Shown: one piece after another, positions 12,801-24,800 of the stretch | Layout: the number at the start of each line of letters is the position of its first letter | How positions within the stretch are numbered: position 1 is the stretch's first letter | Program-made: the position numbers and the translations under genes | The notes under the pieces: generated by a model | Database searches by the model: none | Seen by the model: the letters and a program-made list of their open reading frames with translations, nothing else | What the model was told of the DNA's origin: nothing | NCBI RefSeq assembly: GCF_009914755.1 | Contig: NC_060947.1 | From: the human T2T-CHM13v2.0 reference genome, Homo sapiens | Direction: 5' to 3' (one strand) | DNA: 64,000 bases

Positions 12801-15800
12801 TGCTCTATGAAAAGCAATGTTAAACTCTGTGGCTCGAACACAAACATCACAAAGCGGTTTCTGAGAATGCTTCAGTTTAGTTTTTCTGTGGAAATATTCC
12901 CGTTTCCAAAGAAATCTTCAAAGAGGTCCACGTATCCACTTACAGATTCTACAAAAAGACAGTTTCAAAACTGCTCCATCAAAAGGAGGGTTCAACCGTG
13001 TGACTTGAATGCAATCATCACTCAGAAGTTTCTGAGAATGCTTCTCTTTAGTTTTTACGTGAACATATACCCGTTTCGAACGAAGGCCACCCAGTGGTCC
13101 AAATATCCACTTGCAGATTATACAGAAAGAGTGTTTCGAACCTGAACTCTCAAAGGCAGGTTCATCTCTGCGAGTTAAATGCATTCATCATGAAGAACTT
13201 TCTCAGAGTGTTTGTGTTTAGTTATGGGAAATTATTCCCCTTTCCAACGAAATCCTCAGAGAGCTCCAAATATCCACCTGCAGATTCTACCAAAAGTGTA
13301 TTTGGAAACTGCTCCATCAAAAGGCATGTTCAGCTCTGTGAGTGAAACTCCATCATCACAAAGAATATTCTGAGAATGCTTCCGTTTGCCTTTTATATGA
13401 AGTTCCTTCCTGTACTACCGTAGGCCTCAAAGCAGTCCAAATCTCCATTTGCAGATTCTACAAAAAGAGTGATTCCAATCTGCTCTATCAATAGGATTGT
13501 TCAACTCCATGAGTTGAATGCCATCCTCACAAAGCAGTTTCTGAGAATGCTTCTATCTGGTTTTTGTGTGAAGATATTTCCTTTTCCACCACAGGCCTCA
13601 AAGCCCTCCAAACGTCCACTTGCAGATTCTCGAAAAAGAGTGTTTCATAGCTGCTCTTTCAAAAGGAAAGTTCAACTCTGGCAGTTGAATACAAACATCA
13701 CAAAGTAGTTTCCGAGAATGCTTCTGTTTAGTTTTTATGTGAAGATGATCCCGTTTCCAGTGAAATCTTCAAAGAGGTCCACATATCCCCTTGCAGATTC
13801 CAAAGAAAGAGGGTTTCAAAACTGCTCCATCAGAAGGATTGTTCAACTCTGTGAGTTGAATGCAGTCATCGCAGAAAACTTTCTGAGAATGCTTCTGTCT
13901 AGGTTTGATGTGAAGATATAGACGTTTCAAACGAAGGCTACAAAGTGGTCAAAATATACACTTGCAGATTCTACTACAAGGGTGTTGCAAACCTGAACTA
14001 TCAAAGGAAGGTTCAACTCTGTGAGTTGAATACAAACATCACAAAGAATGTTCTGAGTTTGCTTCCGTTCAGTTATGGGAAGTTGATCCCGTTTCCAACG
14101 AAATCCTCAGAGAGGTCCAAATATCCCCTCGCAGATTCTACAAAACGTGTGTTTGGAAACTGCTCCATCATAACGAATGTTCAGCTCCCTGAGTTAAACT
14201 ACATCGTCACAAAGAATTTTCTGAGAGTGCTACCGTCTGGTTTTTATATGAAGTTCTTTCCTTCACTACCACAGGCCTCAAAGCGGTCCAAATCTCCACT
14301 TGCAGATTCTACAAAAAGAGTGTTTGCAAACTGCTCTATCAAAAGGAATGTTCAACTCTGGGAGTTGAATGCAATCATCACAGAGCAGTTTCTGAGAATG
14401 CTTCTATGTCGTTTTTAGGAGAAGATATTTCCTTTTCCAACACAGTCCTCCAAGCCCGCTAAATAGCCACTTGCACATTGTAGAAAAAGTGTGTCAAAGC
14501 TGCGCTATCAAAGGGAAAGTTCAACTCTGTGAGGTGAATGCAAACATCCCAAAGAAGTTTCTGAGAATGCTTCCGTTTAGCTTTTAGGTGAAGATTATCC
14601 CGTTTCCAACGAAACCTTCAAAGAGGTCCAAATATCCCCTTGCGGATCCCACAGAAAGAGTGTTTCGAAACTGCTGTTTCAAAAGGAATCTTCAACTCTG
14701 TGAGTTGAATGCAATCATCACAAAGAAGTTTCTGACAATGCTTCTCTCTCGTCTTTCTGAGAAGATAAAGGAAAAGGCTTTCAGGCCTTTTCCACCACAG
14801 GCCTGAAAGCGCTCCAAATGTCCACTTGCAGATTCTGCGAAAAGAATATTTCAAAACTGCTCTATGAAAAGCAATGTTAAACTCTGTGGCTCGAACACAA
14901 ACATCACAAAGCGGTTTCTGAGAATGCTTCAGTTTAGTTTTTCTGTGGAAATATTCCCGTTTCCAAAGAAATCTTCAAAGAGGTCCACGTATCCACTTAC
15001 AGATTCTACAAAAAGACAGTTTCAAAACTGCTCCATCAAAAGGAGGGTTCAACCGTGTGACTTGAATGCAATCATCACTCAGAAGTTTCTGAGAATGCTT
15101 CTCTTTAGTTTTTACGTGAACATATACCCGTTTCGAACGAAGGCCACCCAGTGGTCCAAATATCCACTTGCAGATTATACAGAAAGAGTGTTTCGAACCT
15201 GAACTCTCAAAGGCAGGTTCATCTCTGCGAGTTAAATGCATTCATCATGAAGAACTTTCTCAGAGTGTTTGTGTTTAGTTATGGGAAATTATTCCCCTTT
15301 CCAACGAAATCCTCAGAGAGCTCCAAATATCCACCTGCAGATTCTACCAAAAGTGTATTTGGAAACTGCTCCATCAAAAGGCATGTTCAGCTCTGTGAGT
15401 GAAACTCCATCATCACAAAGAATATTCTGAGAATGCTTCCGTTTGCCTTTTATATGAAGTTCCTTCCTGTACTACCGTAGGCCTCAAAGCAGTCCAAATC
15501 TCCATTTGCAGATTCTACAAAAAGAGTGATTCCAATCTGCTCTATCAATAGGATTGTTCAACTCCATGAGTTGAATGCCATCCTCACAAAGTAGTTTCTG
15601 AGAATGCTTCTATCTGGTTTTTGTGTGAAGATATTTCCTTTTCCACCACAGGCCTCAAAGCCCTCCAAACGTCCACTTGCAGATTCTCGAAAAAGAGTGT
15701 TTCATAGCTGCTCTTTCAAAAGGAAAGTTCAACTCTGGGAGTTGAATACAAACATCACAAAGTAGTTTCCGAGAATGCTTCTGTTTAGTTTTTATGTGAA

Positions 15801-18800
15801 GATGATCCCGTTTCCAGTGAAATCTTCAAAGAGGTCCACATATCCCCTTGCAGATTCCAAAGAAAGAGGGTTTCAAAACTGCTCCATCAGAGGATTGTTC
15901 AACTCTGTGAGTTGAATGCAGTCATCGCAGAAAACTTTCTGAGAATGCTTCTGTCTAGGTTTGATGTGAAGATATAGACGTTTCAAACGAAGGCTACAAA
16001 GTGGTCAAAATATACACTTGCAGATTCTACTACAAGGGTGTTGCAAACCTGAACTATCAAAGGAAGGTTCAACTCTGTGAGTTGAATACAAACATCACAA
16101 AGAATGTTCTGAGTTTGCTTCCGTTCAGTTATGGGAAGTTGATCCCGTTTCCAACGAAATCCTCAGAGAGGTCCAAATATCCCCTCGCAGATTCTACAAA
16201 ACGTGTGTTTGGAAACTGCTCCATCATAACGAATGTTCAGCTCCCTGAGTTAAACTCCATCGTCACAAAGAATTTTCTGAGAGTGCTACCGTCTGGTTTT
16301 TATATGAAGTTCTTTCCTTCACTACCACAGGCCTCAAAGCGGTCCAAATCTCCACTTGCAGATTCTACAAAAAGAGTGTTTGCAAACTGCTCTATCAAAA
16401 GGAATGTTCAACTCTGGGAGTTGAATGCAATCATCACAGAGCAGTTTCTGAGAATGCTTCTATGTCGTTTTTAGGAGAAGATATTTCCTTTTCCAACACA
16501 GTCCTCCAAGCCCGCTAAATAGCCACTTGCACATTGTAGAAAAAGTGTGTCAAAGCTGCGCTATCAAAGGGAAAGTTCAACTCTGTGAGGTGAATGCAAA
16601 CATCCCAAAGAAGTTTCTGAGAATGCTTCCGTTTAGCTTTTAGGTGAAGATTATCCCGTTTCCAACGAAACCTTCAAAGAGGTCCAAATATCCCCTTGCG
16701 GATCCCACAGAAAGAGTGTTTCGAAACTGCTGTTTCAAAAGGAATCTTCAACTCTGTGAGTTGAATGCAATCATCACAAAGAAGTTTCTGACAATGCTTC
16801 TCTCTCGTCTTTCTGTGAAGATAAAGGAAAAGGCTTTCAGGCCTTTTCCACCACAGGCCTGAAAGCGCTCCAAATGTCCACTTGCAGATTCTGCGAAAAG
16901 AATATTTCAAAACTGCTCTATGAAAAGCAATGTTAAACTCTGCGGCTCGAACACAAACATCACAAAGCGGTTTCTGAGAATGCTTCAGTTTAGTTTTTCT
17001 GTGGAAATATTCCCGTTTCCAAAGAAATCTTCAAAGAGGTCCACGTATCCACTTACAGATTCTACAAAAAGACAGTTTCAAAACTGCTCCATCAAAAGGA
17101 GGGTTCAACTGTGTGACTTGAATGCAATCATCACTCAGAAGTTTCTGAGAATGCTTCTCTTTAGTTTTTACGTGAACATATACCCGTTTCGAACGAAGGC
17201 CACCCAGTGGTCCAAATATCCACTTGCAGATTCTACAGAAAGAGTGTTTCGAACCTGAACTCTCAAAGGCAGGTTCATCACTGCGAGTTAAATGCATTCA
17301 TCATGAAGAACTTTCTCAGCGTGTTTGTGTTTAGTTATGGGAAATTATTCCCGTTTCCAACGAAATCCTCAAAGAGCTCCAAATATCCACCTGCAGATTC
17401 TACCAAAAGTGTATTTGGAAACTGCTCCATCAAAAGGCATGTTCAGCTCTGTGAGTGAAACTCCATCATCACAAAGAATATTCTGAGAATGCTTCCGTTT
17501 GCCTTTTATATGAAGTTCCTTCCTATACGACCGTAGGCCTCAAAGCAGTCCAAATCTCCATTTGCAGATTCTACAAAAAGAGTGATTCCAATCTGCTCTA
17601 TCAATAGGATTGTTCAACTCCATGAGTTGAATGCCATCCTCACAAAGTCGTTTCTGAGAATGCTTCTATCTAGTTTTTATGTGAAGATATTTCCTTTTCC
17701 ACCACAGGCCTCAAAGCCCTCCAAACGTCCACTTGCAGATTCTCGAAAAAGAGTGTTTCATAGCTGCTCTTTCAAAAGGAAAGTTCAACTCTGGCAGTTG
17801 AATACAAACATCACAAAGTAGTTTCCGAGAATGCTTCTGTTTAGTTTTTATGTGAAGATGATCCCGTTTCCAGTGAAATCTTCAAAGAGGTCCACATATC
17901 CCCTTGCAGATTCCAAAGAAAGAGGGTTTCAAAACTGCTCCATCAGAAGGATTGTTCAACTCTGTGAGTTGAATGCAGTCATCGCAGAAAACTTTCTGAG
18001 AATGCTTCTGTCTAGGTTTGATGTGAAGATATAGACGTTTCAAACGAAGGCTACAAAGTGGTCAAAATATACACTTGCAGATTCTACTACAAGGGTGTTG
18101 CAAACCTGAACTATCAAAGGAAGGTTCAACTCTGTGAGTTGAATACAAACATCACAAAGAATGTTCTGAGTTTGCTTCCGTTCAGTTATGGGAAGTTGAT
18201 CCCGTTTCCAACGAAATCCTCAGAGAGGTCCAAATATCCCCTTGCAGATTCTACAAAACGTGTGTTTGGAAACTGCTCCATCATAACGAATGTTCAGCTC
18301 CCTGAGTTAAACTCCATCGTCACAAAGAATTTTCTGAGAGTGCTACCGTCTGGTTTTTATATGAAGTTCTTTCCTTCACTACCACAGGCCTCAAAGCGGT
18401 CCAAATCTCCACTTGCAGATTCTACAAAAAGAGTGTTTGCAAACTGCTCTATCAAAAGGAATGTTCAACTCTGGGAGTTGAATGCAATCATCACAGAGCA
18501 GTTTCTGAGAATGCTTCTATGTCGTTTTTAGGAGAAGATATTTCCTTTTCCAACACAGTCCTCCAAGCCCGCTAAATAGCCACTTGCACATTGTAGAAAA
18601 AGTGTGTCAAAGCTGCGCTATCAAAGGGAAAGTTCAACTCTGTGAGGTGAATGCAAACATCCCAAAGAAGTTTCTGAGAATGCTTCCATTTAGCTTTTAG
18701 GTGAAGATTATCCCGTTTCCAACGAAACCTTCAAAGAGGTCCAAATATCCCCTTGCGGATCCCACAGAAAGAGTGTTTCGAAACTGCTGTTTCAAAAGGA

Positions 18801-21800
18801 ATCTTCAACTCTGTGAGTTGAATGCAATCATCACAAAGAAGTTTCTGACAATGCTTCTCTCTCGTCTTTCTGTGAAGATAAAGGAAAAGGCTTTCAGGCC
18901 TTTGCCACCACAGGCCTGAAAACGCTCCAAATGTCCACTTGCAGATTCTGCGAAAAGAATATTTCAAAACTGCTCTATGAAAAGCAATGTTAAACTCTGT
19001 GGCTCGAACACAAACATCACAAAGCAGTTTCTGAGAATGCTTCAGTTTAGTTTTTCTGTGGAAATATTCCCGTTTCCAAAGAAATCTTCAAAGAGGTCCA
19101 CGCATCCACTTACAGATTCTACAAAAAGACAGTTTCAAAACTGCTCCATCAGAAGGAGGGTTCAACTGTGTGACTTGAATGCAATCATCACTCAGAAGTT
19201 TCTGAGAATGCTTCTCTTTAGTTTTTACGTGAACATATACCCGTTTCGAACGAAGGCCACCCAGTGGTCCAAATATCCACTTGCAGATTCTACAGAAAGA
19301 GTGTTTCGAACCTGAACTCTCAAAGGCAGGTTCATCTCTGCGAGTTAAATGCATTCATCATGAAGAACTTTCTCAGAGTGTTTGTGTTTAGTTATGGGAA
19401 ATTATTCCCGTTTCCAACGAAATCCTCAGAGAGCTCCAAATATCCACCTGCAGATTCTACCAAAAGTGTATTTGGAAACTGCTCCATCAAAAGGCATGTT
19501 CAGCTCTGTGAGTGAAACTCCATCATCACAAAGAATATTCTGAGAATGCTTCCGTTTGCCTTTTATATGAAGTTCCTTCCTGTACTACCGTAGGCCTCAA
19601 AGCAGTCCAAATCTCCATTTGCAGATTCTATAAAAAGAGTGATTCCAATCTGCTCTATCAATAGGATTGTTCAACTCCATGAGTTGAATGCCATCCTCAC
19701 AAAGTAGTTTCTGAGAATGCTTCTATCTGGTTTTTGTGTGAAGATATTTCCTTTTCCACCACAGGCCTCAAAGCCCTCCAAACGTCCACTTGCAGATTCT
19801 CGAAAAAGAGTGTTTCATAGCTGCTCTTTCAAAAGGAAAGTTCAACTCTGGGAGTTGAATACAAACATCACAAAATAGTTTCCGAGAATGCTTCTGTTTA
19901 GTTTTTATGTGAAGATGATCCCGTTTCCAGTGAATTCTTCAAAGAGGTCCACATATCCCCTTGCAGATTCCAAAGAAAGAGGGTTTCAAAACTGCTCCAT
20001 CAGAGGATTGTTCAACTCTGTGAGTTGAATGCAGTCATCGCAGAAAACTTTCTGAGAATGCTTCTGTCTAGGTTTGATGTGAAGATATAGACGTTTCAAA
20101 CGAAGGCTACAAAGTGGTCAAAATATACACTTGCAGATTCTACTACAAGGGTGTTGCAAACCTGAACTATCAAAGGAAGGTTCAACTCTGTGAGTTGAAT
20201 ACAAACATCACAAAGAATGTTCTGAGTTTGCTTCCGTTCAGTTATGGGAAGTTGATCCCGTTTCCAACGAAATCCTCAGAGAGGTCCAAATATCCCCTCG
20301 CAGATTCTACAAAACGTGTGTTTGGAAACTGCTCCATCATAACGAATGTTCAGCTCCCTGAGTTAAACTCCATCGTCACAAAGAATTTTCTGAGAGTGCT
20401 ACCGTCTGGTTTTTATATGAAGTTCTTTCCTTCACTACCACAGGCCTCAAAGCGGTCCAAATCTCCACTTGCAGATTCTACAAAAAGAGTGTTTGCAAAC
20501 TGCTCTATCAAAAGGAATGTTCAACTCTGGGAGTTGAATGCAATCATCACAGAGCAGTTTCTGAGAATGCTTCTATGTCGTTTTTAGGAGAAGATATTTC
20601 CTTTTCCAACACAGTCCTCCAAGCCCGCTAAATAGCCACTTGCACATTGTAGAAAAAGTGTGTCAAAGCTGCGCTATCAAAGGGAAAGTTCAACTCTGTG
20701 AGGTGAATGCAAACATCCCAAAGAAGTTTCTGAGAATGCTTCTGTTTAGCTTTTAGGTGAAGATTATCCCGTTTCCAACGAAACCTTCAAAGAGGTCCAA
20801 ATATCCCCTTGCGGATCCCACAGAAAGAGTGTTTCGAAACTGCTGTTTCAAAAGGAATCTTCAACTCTGTGAGTTGAATGCAATCATCACAAAGAAGTTT
20901 CTGACAATGCTTCTCTCTCGTCTTTCTGTGAAGATAAAGGAAAAGGCTTTCAGGCCTTTGCCACCACAGGCCTGAAAGCGCTCCAAATGTCCACTTGCAG
21001 ATTCTGCCAAAAGAATATTTCAAAACTGCTCTATGAAAAGCAATGTTAAACTCTGCGGCTCGAACACAAACATCACAAAGCGGTTTCTGAGAATGCTTCA
21101 GTTTAGTTTTTCTGTGGAAATATTCCCGTTTCCAAAGAAATCTTCAAAGAGGTCCACGTATCCACTTACAGATTCTACAAAAAGACAGTTTCAAAACTGC
21201 TCCATCAAAAGGAGGGTTCAACTGTGTGACTTGAATGCAATCATCACTCAGAAGTTTCTGAGAATGCTTCTCTTTAGTTTTTACGTGAACATATACCCGT
21301 TTCGAACGAAGGCCAGCCAGTGGTCCAAATATCCACTTGCAGATTCTACAGAAAGAGTGTTTCGAACCTGAACTCTCAAAGGCAGGTTCATCTCTGCGAG
21401 TTAAATGCATTCATCATGAAGAACTTTCTCAGAGTGTTTGTGTTTAGTTATGGGAAATTATTCCCTTTTCCAACGAAATCCTCAGTGAGCTCCAAATATC
21501 CACCTGCAGATTCTACCAAAAGTGTATTTGGAAACTGCTCCATCAAAAGGCATGTTCAGCTCTGTCAGTGAAACTCCATCATCACAAAGAATATTCTGAG
21601 AATGCTTCCGTTTGCCTTTTATATGAAGTTCCTTCCTGTACTACCGTAGGCCTCAAAGCAGTCCAAATCTCCATTTGCAGATTCTACAAAAAGAGTGATT
21701 CCAATCTGCTCTATCAATAGGATTGTTCAACTCCATGAGTTGAATGCCATCCTCACAAAGTCGTTTCTGAGAATGCTTCTATCTGGTTTTTGTGTGAAGA

Positions 21801-24800
21801 TATTTCCTTTTCCACCACAGGCCTCAAAGCCCTCCAAACGTCCACTTGCAGATTCTCGAAAAAGAGTGTTTCATAGCTGCTCTTTCAAAAGGAAAGTTCA
21901 ACTCTGGGAGTTGAATACAAACATCACAAAATAGTTTCCGAGAATGCTTCTGTTTAGTTTTTATGTGAAGATGATCCCGTTTCCAGTGAAATCTTCAAAG
22001 AGGTCCACATATCCCCTTGCAGATTCCAAAGAAAGAGGGTTTCAAAACTGCTCCATCAGAAGGATTGTTCAACTCTGTGAGTTGAATGCAGTCATCGCAG
22101 AAAACTTTCTGAGAATGCTTCTGTCTAGGTTTGATGTGAAGATATAGACGTTTCAAACGAAGGCTACAAAGTGGTCAAAATATACACTTGCAGATTCTAC
22201 TACAAGGGTGTTGCAAACCTGAACTATCAAAGGAAGGTTCAACTCTGTGAATTGAATACAAACATCACAAAGAATGTTCTGAGTTTGCTTCCGTTCAGTT
22301 ATGGGAAGTTGATCCCGTTTCCAACGAAATCCTCAGAGAGGTCCAAATATCCCCTTGCAGATTCTACAAAACGTGTGTTTGGAAACTGCTCCATCATAAC
22401 GAATGTTCAGCTCCCTGAGTTAAACTCCATCGTCACAAAGAATTTTCTGAGAGTGCTACCGTCTGGTTTTTATATGAAGTTCTTTCCTTCACTACCACAG
22501 GCCTCAAAGCGGTCCAAATCTCCACTTGCAGATTCTACAAAAAGAGTGTTTGCAAACTGCTCTATCAAAAGGAATGTTCAACTCTGGGAGTTGAATGCAA
22601 TCATCACAGAGCAGTTTCTGAGAATGCTTCTATGTCGTTTTTAGGAGAAGATATTTCCTTTTCCAACACTGTCCTCCAAGTCCGCTAAATAGCCACTTGC
22701 ACATTGTAGAAAAAGTGTGTCAAAGCTGCGCTATCAAAGGGAAAGTTCAACTCTGTGAGGTGAATGCAAACATCCCAAAGAAGTTTCTGAGAATGCTTCC
22801 GTTTAGCTTTTAGGTGAAGATTATCCCGTTTCCAACGAAACCTTCAAAGAGGTCCAAATATCCCCTTGCGGATCCCACAGAAAGAGTGTTTCGAAACTGC
22901 TGTTTCAAAAGGAATCTTCAACTCTGTGAGTTGAATGCAATCATCACAAAGAAGTTTCTGACAATGCTTCTCTCTCGTCTTTCTGTGAAGATAAAGGAAA
23001 AGGCTTTCAGGCCTTTTCCACCACAGGCCTGAAAGCGCTCCAAATGTCCACTTGCAGATTCTGCCAAAAGAATATTTCAAAACTGCTCTATGAAAAGCAA
23101 TGTTAAACTCTGTGGCTGGAACACAAACATCACAAAGCAGTTTCTGAGAATGTTTCAGTTTAGTTTTTCTGTGGAAATATTCCCGTTTCCAAAGAAATCT
23201 TCAAAGAGGTCCACGTATCCACTTACAGATTCTACAAAAAGACAGTTTCAAAACTGCTCCATCAAAAGGAGGGTTCAACTGTGTGACTTGAATGCAATCA
23301 TCACTCAGAAGTTTCTGAGAATGCTTCTCTTTAGTTTTTACGTGAACATATACCCGTTTCGAACGAAGGCCACCCAGTGGTCCAAATATCCACTTGCAGA
23401 TTATACAGAAAGAGTGTTTCGAACCTGAACTCTCAAAGGCAGGTTCATCTCTGCGAGTTAAATGCATTCATCATGAAGAACTTTCTCAGAGTGTTTGTGC
23501 TTAGTTATGGGAAATTATTCCCGTTTCCAACGAAATCCTCAGAGTGGTCCAAATATCCACCTGCAGATTCTACCAAAAGTGTATTTGGAAACTGCTCCAT
23601 CAAAAGGCATGTTCAGCTCTGTGAGTGAAACTCCATCATCACAAAGAATATTCTGAGAATGCTTCCGTTTGCCTTTTATCTGAAGTTCCTTCCTATATGA
23701 CCGTAGGCCTCAAAGCAGTCCAAATCTCCATTTGCAGATTCTACAAAAAGAGTGATTCCAATCTGCTCTATCAATAGGATTGTTCAACTCCATGAGTTGA
23801 ATGCCATCCTCACAAAGTCGTTTCTGAGAATGCTTCTATCTAGTTTTTATGTGAAGATATTTCCTTTTCCACCACAGGCCTCAAAGCCCTCCAAACGTCC
23901 ACTTGCAGATTCTCGAAAAAGAGTGTTTCATAGCTGCTCTTTCAAAAGGAAAGTTCAACTCTGGCAGTTGAATACAAACATCACAAAGTAGTTTCCGAGA
24001 ATGCTTCTGTTTAGTTTTTATGTGAAGATGATCCCGTTTCCAGTGAAATCTTCAAAGAGGTCCACATATCCCCTTGCAGATTCCAAAGAAAGAGGGTTTC
24101 AAAACTGCTCCATCAGAAGGATTGTTCAACTCTGTGAGTTGAATGCAGTCATCGCAGAAAACTTTCTGAGAATGCTTCTGTCTAGGTTTGATGTGAAGAT
24201 ATAGACGTTTCAAACGAAGGCTACAAAGTGGTCAAAATATACACTTGCAGATTCTACTACAAGGGTGTTGCAAACCTGAACTATCAAAGGAAGGTTCAAC
24301 TCTGTGAGTTGAATACAAACATCACAAAGAATGTTCTGAGTTTGCTTCCGTTCAGTTATGGGAAGTTGATCCCGTTTCCAACGAAATCCTCAGAGAGGTC
24401 CAAATATCCCCTTGCAGATTCTACAAAACGTGTGTTTGGAAACTGCTCCATCATAACGAATGTTCAGCTCCCTGAGTTAAACTCCATCGTCACAAAGAAT
24501 TTTCTGAGAGTGCTACCGTCTGGTTTTTATATGAAGTTCTTTCCTTCACTACCACAGGCCTCAAAGCGGTCCAAATCTCCACTTGCAGATTCTACAAAAA
24601 GAGTGTTTGCAAACTGCTCTATCAAAAGGAATGTTCAACTCTGGGAGTTGAATGCAATCATCACAGAGCAGTTTCTGAGAATGCTTCTATGTCGTTTTTA
24701 GGAGAAGATATTTCCTTTTCCAACACAGTCCTCCAAGCCCGCTAAATAGCCACTTGCACATTGTAGAAAAAGTGTGTCAAAGCTGCGCTATCAAAGGGAA

